A DNA stretch of 64,000 nucleotides from Novosphingobium sp. GTDB lineage: Bacteria > Pseudomonadota > Alphaproteobacteria > Sphingomonadales > Sphingomonadaceae. Location: the NCBI GenBank assembly GCA_040004085.1, contig JBDUBN010000001.1:555-64554 (forward strand), read 5' to 3'. The translations under genes and the position numbers were made by a program. Below are positions 48,142-56,611 of this stretch, piece after piece (the stretch's first letter is position 1; each line of letters begins with the position of its first letter). The notes beneath the pieces were generated by a model that was given only the letters and a program-made list of their open reading frames with translations, had not been told where the DNA came from and ran no database searches.

Positions 48142-48209
48142 TCACAATTTCAATAAACGAAGGGACATCACGAGTCGATGTCCGTCCGGCGCCAGCGGCG
48201 CAAAGGAAC

Positions 48210-49793
48210 ATGACGATGGACATGGCTGTAGTCGAACTCTCGCGATTCCAGTTCGCATTGACCGCGATGTATCACTTTCTGTTCGTGCCCCTGACGCTCG
48301 GCCTGTCGTTCCTCCTCGTCATCATGGAAAGCATCTATGTGATGACCGGTCGGCCGATCTGGCGCCGCGTCACCCGGTTCTGGGGCAAGCTGTTCGGGAT
48401 CAATTTCGTACTCGGTGTGGCGACCGGACTGACCATGGAATTCGAGTTCGGCACCAACTGGTCCTACTACTCGCACTATGTCGGCGACATTTTCGGGGCC
48501 CCGCTGGCGATCGAAGGGCTCATGGCCTTCTTCCTCGAAGCCACATTTGTCGGGCTGATGTTCTTCGGCTGGGACAAGCTTTCGCGCGTGGGCCACCTGA
48601 TGGTCACCTTCATGGTCGCGCTCGGCACCAATCTCTCGGCGCTGTGGATTCTCATCGCCAATGGCTGGATGCAGAACCCGGTTGGCGCGCATTTTAACCC
48701 TGGCACGATGCGTATGGAAGTGACTGACTTCTACTCGGTGCTGTTCAACCCGGTGGCGCAGGCCAAGTTCGTCCATACCGTCAGCGCAGGCTATGTCTGC
48801 GGCTCGGTGTTTGTCATGGGCGTTTCGGCCTGGTTTCTGCTCAAGGGGCGGTTCGTCGGCGTCGCCAAGCGTTCGATGACGGTGGCCGCTGCGTTCGGGC
48901 TGGCCGCGTCGCTGTCGGTAGTCGTGCTTGGTGACGAGTCCGGCTATGCCCTGACCGATAACCAGAAGATGAAGCTCGCCGCGATCGAGGCGATGTGGGA
49001 AACCGAGCCTGCACCTGCCGGGCTGTCGATCTTTGGTATCCCCGACATGGCGACCAAGACCACCCGGTTCGAAGTCAAGATTCCCTACGTCCTCGGGCTG
49101 ATCTCGACCCGCAGTCTGTCGGGCCAGGTCACCGGCATCAACGAACTGGTGCTGAAGGCTGACGAGCGGATCCACAGCGGGATCATTGCCTACGACGCGG
49201 TTGAGCGCCTCAAGCTCAATCGCGGTGATGTCCCGGCGCGGGCGGCGTTCGAACAGCATAAGGCGGACCTTGGCTATGCGATGCTGCTAAAACGGCACAT
49301 CGCCGATCCGCGCCAAGCGACTGACGCAGACGTGCTGACGGCGGCGCGCGACACCATTCCCAACGTCCCGGTGATATTCTGGCTGTTCCGCCTGATGGCT
49401 GGGCTGGGCTTCTTCTTCATCGGCTTTTTCGCGCTGGCCTTCTACAGCGCTTCATCCAGCCAGTTTGAGAATCGCTGGTTCCTGCGGGTCGCGGTGGCGA
49501 TCATCCCGCTGCCATGGCTCGCGATCGAACTGGGCTGGGTTCTGGCCGAAATCGGCCGCCAACCGTGGGCGGTCGAAGGTGTGCTGCCGACCTTCCTGGC
49601 AGCCTCGTCGCTGACGGCCGGGCAGGTCTGGGCAACGATCATCGGCTTCACGCTGCTCTATTCGACGCTGGCCTTCATCGAGGTCCGGCTGATGCTGACC
49701 GCGATCCGCAAGGGACCGGTCGAAGCCCGCGAACATGCCGCTCCACCAAGCGCAGAACCTCGCCAGGGTTTAGCCCCGCTGCCCGCTGAATAA
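48210..49793 (+). CDS. cydA: Cytochrome bd oxidase subunit I (long Q-loop)
   Basis: LSRFQFALTAMYHFLFVP, KLAAIEAMW, EIGRQPW. Confidence 0.96.
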   Translation: MTMDMAVVELSRFQFALTAMYHFLFVPLTLGLSFLLVIMESIYVMTGRPIWRRVTRFWGKLFGINFVLGVATGLTMEFEFGTNWSYYSHYVGDIFGAPLAIEGLMAFFLEATFVGLMFFGWDKLSRVGHLMVTFMVALGTNLSALWILIANGWMQNPVGAHFNPGTMRMEVTDFYSVLFNPVAQAKFVHTVSAGYVCGSVFVMGVSAWFLLKGRFVGVAKRSMTVAAAFGLAASLSVVVLGDESGYALTDNQKMKLAAIEAMWETEPAPAGLSIFGIPDMATKTTRFEVKIPYVLGLISTRSLSGQVTGINELVLKADERIHSGIIAYDAVERLKLNRGDVPARAAFEQHKADLGYAMLLKRHIADPRQATDADVLTAARDTIPNVPVIFWLFRLMAGLGFFFIGFFALAFYSASSSQFENRWFLRVAVAIIPLPWLAIELGWVLAEIGRQPWAVEGVLPTFLAASSLTAGQVWATIIGFTLLYSTLAFIEVRLMLTAIRKGPVEAREHAAPPSAEPRQGLAPLPAE

Positions 49794-49804
49794 GGGACCA
49801 ATCG

Positions 49805-50953
49805 ATGCAAATCCCCCTCGATTATGAGACCCTGCGGGTCATCTGGTGGGCGCTGATGGGCGTCCTGCTGATCGGTTTCGCGCTGACTGATGGCTATGAT
49901 CTTGGCGTGGCGGCATTGCTGCCTTTCGTCGGGCGCACCGATGACGAGCGGCGCTTGGTGATCAATTCGGTCGCAGCGCACTGGGAGGGTCATCAAGTTT
50001 GGCTGATCCTTGGTGCCGGAGCCATCTTTGCCGCCTGGCCGTTCGTCTATGCCGTCAGCTTTTCCGGCTTCTACTTGGCGATGTTCCTCGTGCTGGCAGC
50101 CCTGATCGTGCGACCCGTCGCTTTCAAGTATCGTTCGAAGCACGAAGATCCCGCGTGGCGGGCACGGTGGGACTGGGCGCTGTTTGTCGGTGGGCTGGTC
50201 CCCGCGTTGGTCTTCGGGGTTGCTGTCGGCAATGTCCTTCAGGGCGCGCCGTTCCGGCTCGATAGCGACTTGCGCAGTCATTACGAAGGCAGCTTGCTAA
50301 GCCTGTTCTCACCTTTCGCGCTGCTGACCGGCCTGCTCTCGGTTTCCATGCTCGTGCTGCACGGGGCAGGCTGGCTGGCGGTCAAGATCGAGGATGGCCC
50401 GGCGCTAACCCGCGCGCGCCGCTTCGGCTCCATCGCGGCCCTGGCCAGCGTGGCCCTGTTCGTGATCGGCGGCTTGCTGGTTGCCACCGGCAAGATGGGT
50501 TTCCGGCTTGAAGGGATGATCGATGCTGCCGGGCCGTCCAATCCGCATTATTCCGGCACGGTCGCCGCGGCGGGAGCATGGCTGGACAATTACGCCCGGC
50601 ACCCTTGGATGATTGCAGCCCCCGCGCTCGGCCTTATCGGCCCGGTTATCGCCTGGCTTGGCATCCGGAGCCGCAATTCCGCGCTCAACTTTGCCGGTTC
50701 GTCGCTTGCCACGCTCGGGATCATTGCCACCGTCGGCCTGTCGATGTTTCCGTTCATCCTTCCCAGCTCGATCGATCCCGCGTCAAGCTTGACCGTCTGG
50801 AATGCGTCATCCAGTCATCTCACCTTGTGGATCATGCTGCTGGTCACGGTCATCCTGCTGCCCATCGTCCTCGGCTACACCGCCTGGGCCATGAGGGTGC
50901 TGTTCGGGCGCATCACTTTGCGAGATGTCCAGACCAACCCCGACTTTTACTGA
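49805..50953 (+). CDS. cydB: Cytochrome bd oxidase subunit II
   Basis: DGYDLG, HWEGHQVW, SLTVWNASSS. Confidence 0.95.
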   Translation: MQIPLDYETLRVIWWALMGVLLIGFALTDGYDLGVAALLPFVGRTDDERRLVINSVAAHWEGHQVWLILGAGAIFAAWPFVYAVSFSGFYLAMFLVLAALIVRPVAFKYRSKHEDPAWRARWDWALFVGGLVPALVFGVAVGNVLQGAPFRLDSDLRSHYEGSLLSLFSPFALLTGLLSVSMLVLHGAGWLAVKIEDGPALTRARRFGSIAALASVALFVIGGLLVATGKMGFRLEGMIDAAGPSNPHYSGTVAAAGAWLDNYARHPWMIAAPALGLIGPVIAWLGIRSRNSALNFAGSSLATLGIIATVGLSMFPFILPSSIDPASSLTVWNASSSHLTLWIMLLVTVILLPIVLGYTAWAMRVLFGRITLRDVQTNPDFY

Positions 50954-50964
50954 GGTATCCAACC

Positions 50965-51075
50965 ATGTGGTATTTTGCCTGGATTTTGGGATTGGGCCTC
51001 GCCGTGGCCTTCGGCATCATCAACGGCGTATGGCACGAGTTTCGCCTCCCCGGGGAAGACGAGCCGAGCGAATAA
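50965..51075 (+). CDS. cydX: Cytochrome bd small subunit CydX
   Basis: MWYFAWILGLGLAVAFGIING; immediately after cydB. Confidence 0.92.
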   Translation: MWYFAWILGLGLAVAFGIINGVWHEFRLPGEDEPSE

Positions 51076-51202
51076 TAAATTTACGATCTCTGGCTCGCCC
51101 AAGCCCCCCCTTGATGCGAGCCAGGGAAACTCGGTCATCCCAAGTGTGAATGTCGAGATGCACAGGGTTGTCAGGCAGATCGCCTTGAGAAGGGAATTGT
51201 TT

Positions 51203-51910
51203 GTGGATTGCAAGGACCGGACAAACCTGGGCGAACAGACCGACGCCGAAGCGGTCACCCGGATCGTGACAGTTACAGGTCTCGATCTTGCAGACATCGG
51301 TTGCGGCCCGGCGCTCGCTTCGCGCGATCTGGTCCAACTGGGAGCCCGAGTCATCGGGATCGAGCCCGATCGGGTTCAGGCTGAGAAGAATCGGCATGCA
51401 GAACCGATGGCAGGGCTGACCTTTCGCGAGGGCGGGGCGGAAAAACTGGCACTCACCGACCATTCCATCGATGGCGTGCTGTTTTTTCGTTCGCTTCACC
51501 ACGTGCCGATCGCGCAGATGGACGCTGCCCTTGAAGAAGCGGCAAGAGTTCTGAAACCTGACTGCGGCTTTCTTTGCGTGGTTGAGCCGGGAATGACCGG
51601 CAGCCATTTTGCAGTCATGCGCCCGTTCCACGATGAGACGTTGGTCCGTAACGAAGCTAGGGCGGCACTTGCCCGCATCTCCGGCAGATTGTTCCGTCAC
51701 GAAGCCAATTACCGATATGTCCAGTACCCCCGGCACGCGAGCTTCGAGGCGATGGTCGCGCGGGTTACGGGGCAGACTTTCAACAACATCGCGCGTGACA
51801 CGGTTGAAACGGACGAAGTGCGCGCGTTGTTTGAGGCCGGGCGATCAGACCAGGACGATTACGTGTTCGAGCAGCCCATGTTGCTTGATTTCTATCGCAG
51901 CCATGCGTGA
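51203..51910 (+). CDS. Class I SAM-dependent methyltransferase
   Basis: LADIGCGPA motif I, AEKL, SLHHVP, ARVLKP; start uncertain (GTG 51203 or TTG 51197). Confidence 0.85.
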   Translation: MDCKDRTNLGEQTDAEAVTRIVTVTGLDLADIGCGPALASRDLVQLGARVIGIEPDRVQAEKNRHAEPMAGLTFREGGAEKLALTDHSIDGVLFFRSLHHVPIAQMDAALEEAARVLKPDCGFLCVVEPGMTGSHFAVMRPFHDETLVRNEARAALARISGRLFRHEANYRYVQYPRHASFEAMVARVTGQTFNNIARDTVETDEVRALFEAGRSDQDDYVFEQPMLLDFYRSHA

Positions 51911-51969
51911 CCGGCTGTAACTTGGCAGTGTGACGGATCTCAATGAATTCCAGACAAGGAGCGTCCTCA

Positions 51970-52104
51970 ATGAAGGGTTTTGTAGGTAACATCGAAAAGT
52001 TGACCGAAGAGAACGGCGAATTTCGAACAGAGTCTCGAAACGCTGGATGTCCCCGTAGTATATTTATATATCTACCTTTAATTTTAAGGCAACCCAAGGA
52101 ATGA
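51970..52104 (+). pseudogene. Truncated cupin-domain gene (only about 19 N-terminal codons look homologous)
   Basis: SD AAGGAG then MKGFVGNIEKLTEENGEFR, the recognisable start of a small cupin family, running into unrelated AT-rich DNA after 52026. Confidence 0.6.
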
Positions 52105-52119
52105 CTGTATTCCGCCATT

Positions 52120-52160
52120 CTTTATACCGTTACTTTCGGCGAAAGTGGTACGGAAACCCC
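52120..52160 (-). mobile_element. Tn3-family (IS1071-like) terminal inverted repeat, outer end at 52160
   Basis: Minus strand reads GGGGTTTCC-N16-AAGTAACGGTA, the same layout as the IS1071 end GGGGTCTCC-N16-AAGTGACGGTA (recalled, not searched). Confidence 0.6.
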
Positions 52161-52862
52161 AGCTGACGCTGATGCGCCATCCAGGGTTTGGATTTACGCT
52201 CGAAGTCGGCGCGCCAGGACACCTCGTCGCGTTCATGGCCGAGCAGATCGACGTGTCCGCATCAGCGTTCGACACCTACGCCGCCCGACCCGCAACAGCG
52301 TCGGTCCATGCCCGGCAGGCGGGAGGCGCTCTCGGGCTTCGCGGGCCCACCAATGCCGACCTGCCATTGCTGATCGAGGCAGGGACAAAAGCCGCTTGGT
52401 CAACCGGTCGCGGCTTGCCAATCGTGGTCGGCATCATGGAAGCGCTGCGGGCATCAAGCATCACGCTGCCATCCCCATCGGTGATCGAGCGCGCCGGAAT
52501 GCGGGACGCGCCCGCGCTCGGCAACGCACTTACGACGCGCTGCTCGCGCGCGTACCCGTCGAGAGCCTGGCCAAGCTCGACGCCACGTTGGCCGTCGATC
52601 CGAAAACCAGTCTGACACCGCTCGCCTGGTTGCGCGAGATTGCCACTGCGCCAACGCCGGACAATGTGCGTGGGCTGCTCGATCGATTGGCCCGCGTGCG
52701 CGATATCGGGCTGCCCGTCACCATCTGGGACGCTATCCATGCCGATCGGCTGCGGCAGTTCGTCCGAGAGGGGCGTGCCTCGTCCGCGCAGCTCATCGGA
52801 CGTTATACGCCGTCTCGTCGGCGCGCGACGCTGGCGGCGATGATCCTGGATTTGGAATCGTG
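52161..52862 (+). pseudogene. tnpA: Tn3-family transposase fragment (DUF4158 region), 5'- and 3'-truncated and frameshifted near 52500
   Basis: LTLMRHPG...FMAEQI...YAARPAT...H, LPSPSVIERAG, then in another frame RARARQR...TPLAWLR...DRLRQFVREG...RRRATLAA. Confidence 0.85.
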
Positions 52863-54179
52863 TCACTCGGCATGTTCGTGCGGCTTGCCTGGCAGGAAGG
52901 CGCGGGATAGTCCGTGATAGAGTTTTTCCTTGCAGACCAGCGAACTTACCACATCCGCAATCAGCGCAGTAGCGAACAGCGGCAGTATCATTCCACGACT
53001 GGCGGTGGTCTCCATGATTATGATGACCGCCGTCAGCGGCGCCCGCACCACGCCAACAAAATAGCCCATCATGCCAAGTAGAACGATGGCACCGACAGGG
53101 TCGTTCGGGAAGGCAAATGACAAAAGGTGACCAAGCCCAGCGCCTACCGACAGCGATGGCGCGAAAATGCCCCCGGGCGCGCCGCTGACGGCAGTAGCCA
53201 AGGTTGAGAGAAACTTCGCGGGTCCGAACCATGCCGATGCACCATGGCCTTCGATCAGGCCACGCGTGGCCTGGTAGCCCGTGCCCCAGCTTGAGCCGCT
53301 TGTCAGTGTTCCGGTCACAGCCACGATCGCTCCGCACAGTGCTGCCAGCATGACGGGATGCGCCTTGATGCGGCTAAGCCAACTGGCTTGTGGGCTGGCA
53401 AAGGCGATCAGCACACGGGAAAACAAACCGCCTGCAATCCCGCCAGTGATTCCGGCCAGCGGCGTGACGATCAAAACGGAGCCGACGCGCAGCGTTTCAT
53501 GCATCTCGCCGAAATAGATATAGTCACCGGCAATCCCGAGACTAACCAGCCCCGAAATCATAACCGCCGCCATAACCAGCGCGGCGATGCGCTGCTCATA
53601 GGCGGAAGCCAATTCTTCAATCGCAAAGGCAACTCCGGCGAGCGGCGTGTTGAACGCGGCGGCAACCCCGGCCGCGCCGCCCGCAATCAGCACGCCCGCT
53701 GTCATCGGAACGCGGAGCAGGCGGTGGAACGCCACCATGACCGCCGCGCTGACCTGTACCGTCGGGCCTTCGCGACCTACCGATCCGCCAGCTAGAAGCA
53801 TGACCAGTGTCATGACCAGCTTTGCTGCAGCTGTCTTTAACGATAGCAACGGCCCAGCAGCCATGACCGGCGGATTATGCGTTGCCGCTATGACTTGCGG
53901 AATGCCAGATCCACGCGCTTCAACGCACCAGCGGTTGGTGAGGTAGACAACCCCTGCGAAGACAGCAGGTGTTGCCGCAAGAGCGGCATAGGGCCAGCGC
54001 TTGTCGAAGAAGAGGAACAGGTGCTGGGCAAGATCGCCCAATTTCGCGAAGGCAAATGCAATGACGCCGATCATGACGGCTGCCAGTCCAGTCGCCAGGC
54101 GTCGCCGGGTGTCCGTGAGTGAAGCGCCAGCCCTGCGCGCCGTAAGCACGCGCATTCTTAAAAATCTGCCTAGGTTCAC
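52863..54179 (-). CDS. ClC-family Cl-/H+ antiporter
   Basis: GSGIP, GREGP, AAAFNTPLAG, GGIFAPSL, RAPLTA, LY motifs. Confidence 0.92.
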   Translation of the reverse strand: MNLGRFLRMRVLTARRAGASLTDTRRRLATGLAAVMIGVIAFAFAKLGDLAQHLFLFFDKRWPYAALAATPAVFAGVVYLTNRWCVEARGSGIPQVIAATHNPPVMAAGPLLSLKTAAAKLVMTLVMLLAGGSVGREGPTVQVSAAVMVAFHRLLRVPMTAGVLIAGGAAGVAAAFNTPLAGVAFAIEELASAYEQRIAALVMAAVMISGLVSLGIAGDYIYFGEMHETLRVGSVLIVTPLAGITGGIAGGLFSRVLIAFASPQASWLSRIKAHPVMLAALCGAIVAVTGTLTSGSSWGTGYQATRGLIEGHGASAWFGPAKFLSTLATAVSGAPGGIFAPSLSVGAGLGHLLSFAFPNDPVGAIVLLGMMGYFVGVVRAPLTAVIIIMETTASRGMILPLFATALIADVVSSLVCKEKLYHGLSRAFLPGKPHEHAE

Positions 54180-54683
54180 CTAACACCCGATCCTGAATCA
54201 ATGAAGGCTGCCTAGTCGCCAGCCGCTTTCGCGACAACTGGCAGTCTTTCGCGAGTACAGACGTTGTTGCCAGACACCATCGTTTTCATGGCGGGGCCGC
54301 CCCACATTTGTAATCGATATCGATTATGCCAGACCTTCTCGTCTCCATTGTGTGTGTCCGGCCCCATTCACGTTGGAGAATCACCGAACGCACACGGGCG
54401 ATCAGACCTGTAGTAGGATCGATTGAAGATGCCGATACGCCCGCGTTCGGGGACTTCTCGCGAGGTGCGCCAGGCACAATCACGTCGCAGTTCGGCGGCA
54501 CCGGGATGTTTAAAGCTGCATACTGCACAGCCCGACAATCGGACATCCTGTCGCAGAATGGGCGCGTCGGAATCCGTTTCGCCATGTAATGGCGACGATT
54601 GACCACCACCGTACTGAAATCATGGGCTCCACGAACCATATCGGTCTATCTAGGGATTTCGCAACTGAAGGAGTGAGGCTGTC

Positions 54684-55421
54684 ATGATCGAAGTCGACTT
54701 TTGCGGTGACAACATCGTCATGTTAACTCCCAAAGGGAACCTGACCGCTGAGGATTTTTCCGAGCTTTCGGTGGCCATCGATGGATACATCAACGGGACA
54801 GACAAGATCCCAAATCTTGTCATCCACGCCGGGCAGCTGCCAAACTGGGATGATTTTCGCGCGATCAAGGAGCATATGCGCTTTGTTCGCAATCACCATC
54901 GGTTGGTCAAGAAGGTGGCCATTATTGGCGACACACTGGCTCTCAAGGCCCTGCCCCTGTTGATGGACCATTTTGTGGCCGCGAAGATCAGGCGTTTTTC
55001 CGAAGCAAAAATCGCAGAGGCCCTCATATGGGCGAAATCGTCTGAGGATCATCCAGGGAATTTCGAACTGCTCGATGGATTTCCTGCAGATGTCGTCGCC
55101 GTAAAGGCACGAGGCATTATAACCTCTCAAGATTATCGCGAAGTTCTGCTCCCTTTCGTCGAAAAGAAGCTCAAGGGTCACGCTCGACTTAAATTGCTTT
55201 TCGTCCTGGATGAGGACTTCGATTCATACTCCGAAGCCGCAGCATGGGATGATTTGCGCTTCGGCTTCAGTCATATCGGAGACTTCAGCAAGATAGCACT
55301 TGTGACTGACATTGGCTGGATCCGTCACGGAGCCAAGCTCTTCTCACCTCTTGTAAAGGCCGACATCCATATCTTCGACGTCGCCGAATTGGACGATGCC
55401 AGGTCTTGGATCAAAGGCTGA
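54684..55421 (+). CDS. Tandem SpoIIAA-like (STAS/SEC14) domain protein
   Basis: Two repeats: GNLTAEDF...VKKVAIIGD...EALIWA and GIITSQDY...FSKIALVTD...DARSWI. Confidence 0.8.
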   Translation: MIEVDFCGDNIVMLTPKGNLTAEDFSELSVAIDGYINGTDKIPNLVIHAGQLPNWDDFRAIKEHMRFVRNHHRLVKKVAIIGDTLALKALPLLMDHFVAAKIRRFSEAKIAEALIWAKSSEDHPGNFELLDGFPADVVAVKARGIITSQDYREVLLPFVEKKLKGHARLKLLFVLDEDFDSYSEAAAWDDLRFGFSHIGDFSKIALVTDIGWIRHGAKLFSPLVKADIHIFDVAELDDARSWIKG

Positions 55422-55672
55422 ACGACGGCGATGAGTTGGGCTATCGCTATGTTGTTTTTCCGCCCGGTCTGACCATCCCGACCTTGGAGTTTCGTTCGTG
55501 CCTCCGAACCGGTTAGCAGCGCCCATCAGCACTGGTCAGTTGGGATTACCGATACCCGCGACCGGTACTGACGCTCGTCAATCCCGGTCGAGAACATTCA
55601 GCTGTCCCCGACTCATTGAGATTTGATCGCAAACGCCCTGTCTCACGACCTATTCTCAATCTTATCAGGTAC

Positions 55673-56611
55673 TCAGTTGCGCGCGGTCTCGGCATACAAG
55701 CGCTGGATGTCAGCCGGGCGGCTAAGCCCGGTACCGGGTGTCAGCACGGCTGCCGCGCCGGCGGCGAGCCCGAAGCGGAATGCCTCCATCGTCTCCCAGC
55801 CGCTGGCGAGGGCGAAGACCATAGCGGCGAGGAAGCTGTCGCCTGCCCCGACCGCGCTTTTCACCTCGATGGCAACCGCAGGTAGGCGAAGTGTGCCGCC
55901 CTTGTGTGCGAGCAACGCGCCGTTATGCCCCAAAGTGACGGCAACATATTCAGCCCGGCCCTGCCGGACGATTCCGGAGGCTGCCTCCGCGATTGCTTCG
56001 ACGCTGTCCAGCGTCTGGCCCACTAGCTCCTGCAACTCGCCAAGGCTTGGCTTGACGAGGAGGATGCCGCCCCCGGCCAGCCCCTTGCGGAGGGCCGGAC
56101 CGGAGGTATCGAGCACCATCTTGATGCCGCGAGAGCGGACAATAGCAGACACTCGGCTGTAGAAATCATCCGGCACGCCCTTAGGCAAGGAGCCGCTGGC
56201 GACCAGGTAATCGCACTCGATTATCTCGATCTGTTCAAGGCATGCTCGCCATTCTTCCGCGGTAACGGTCGGGCCAGGCGGGACGAAGCGATATTCCTTG
56301 CCGCTTTCCGCTTCGAGCACGGAGGTGCTGACACGCGTTTGGCCCTTGATGGGTATACGCACACGGACCAGCTGGTGCAGGTCGAGCAGGCCGTCGAGCG
56401 CAACACCGGTTGCGCCGCCAGACAGGTAGCAACAGCGAGCATTGCCGCCCAGCCGCGCGAATACCCGGGAAACATTGATGCCGCCGCCGCCCGGATCGTA
56501 GTGCTCCTTCTGCGTGCGCATCTTTTGCGTATGGATCACGTGGCCAACCTCATAGGCCACGTCGATCGTGGGATTCATCGTGAGCGTCGCGATAGTCTTC
56601 ATCCGACTCAT
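55673..56611 (-). CDS. pfkB: 1-phosphofructokinase-family hexose kinase (PfkB)
   Basis: TLTMNPTID, PGGGGINVSR, SGSLP, VGAGDSF. Confidence 0.88.
   Translation of the reverse strand: MSRMKTIATLTMNPTIDVAYEVGHVIHTQKMRTQKEHYDPGGGGINVSRVFARLGGNARCCYLSGGATGVALDGLLDLHQLVRVRIPIKGQTRVSTSVLEAESGKEYRFVPPGPTVTAEEWRACLEQIEIIECDYLVASGSLPKGVPDDFYSRVSAIVRSRGIKMVLDTSGPALRKGLAGGGILLVKPSLGELQELVGQTLDSVEAIAEAASGIVRQGRAEYVAVTLGHNGALLAHKGGTLRLPAVAIEVKSAVGAGDSFLAAMVFALASGWETMEAFRFGLAAGAAAVLTPGTGLSRPADIQRLYAETARN

Noticed and set aside
52276-53337. 353 aa minus-strand ORF spanning the clc 3' end and the tnpA fragment
   Set aside because: Chimeric off-frame/antisense read-through across a rearrangement junction.
52863-54300. 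Fluoride exporter or fluoride riboswitch
   Set aside because: The ClC has chloride-type GSGIP/GREGP signatures, and the upstream GATGGTGTC lacks the rest of the riboswitch consensus.
54286-54639. Overlapping 117 aa (-) and 87 aa (+) ORFs
   Set aside because: No RBS or recognisable motif; cannot be supported as genes.
51111-55582. FNR/FixK-like boxes (TTGATGCGAGCCAG near 51111, GTGACGGATCTCAA near 51930, CTGACGCTCGTCAA near 55568)
   Set aside because: Three or more mismatches to TTGAT-N4-ATCAA and poor positioning relative to genes.
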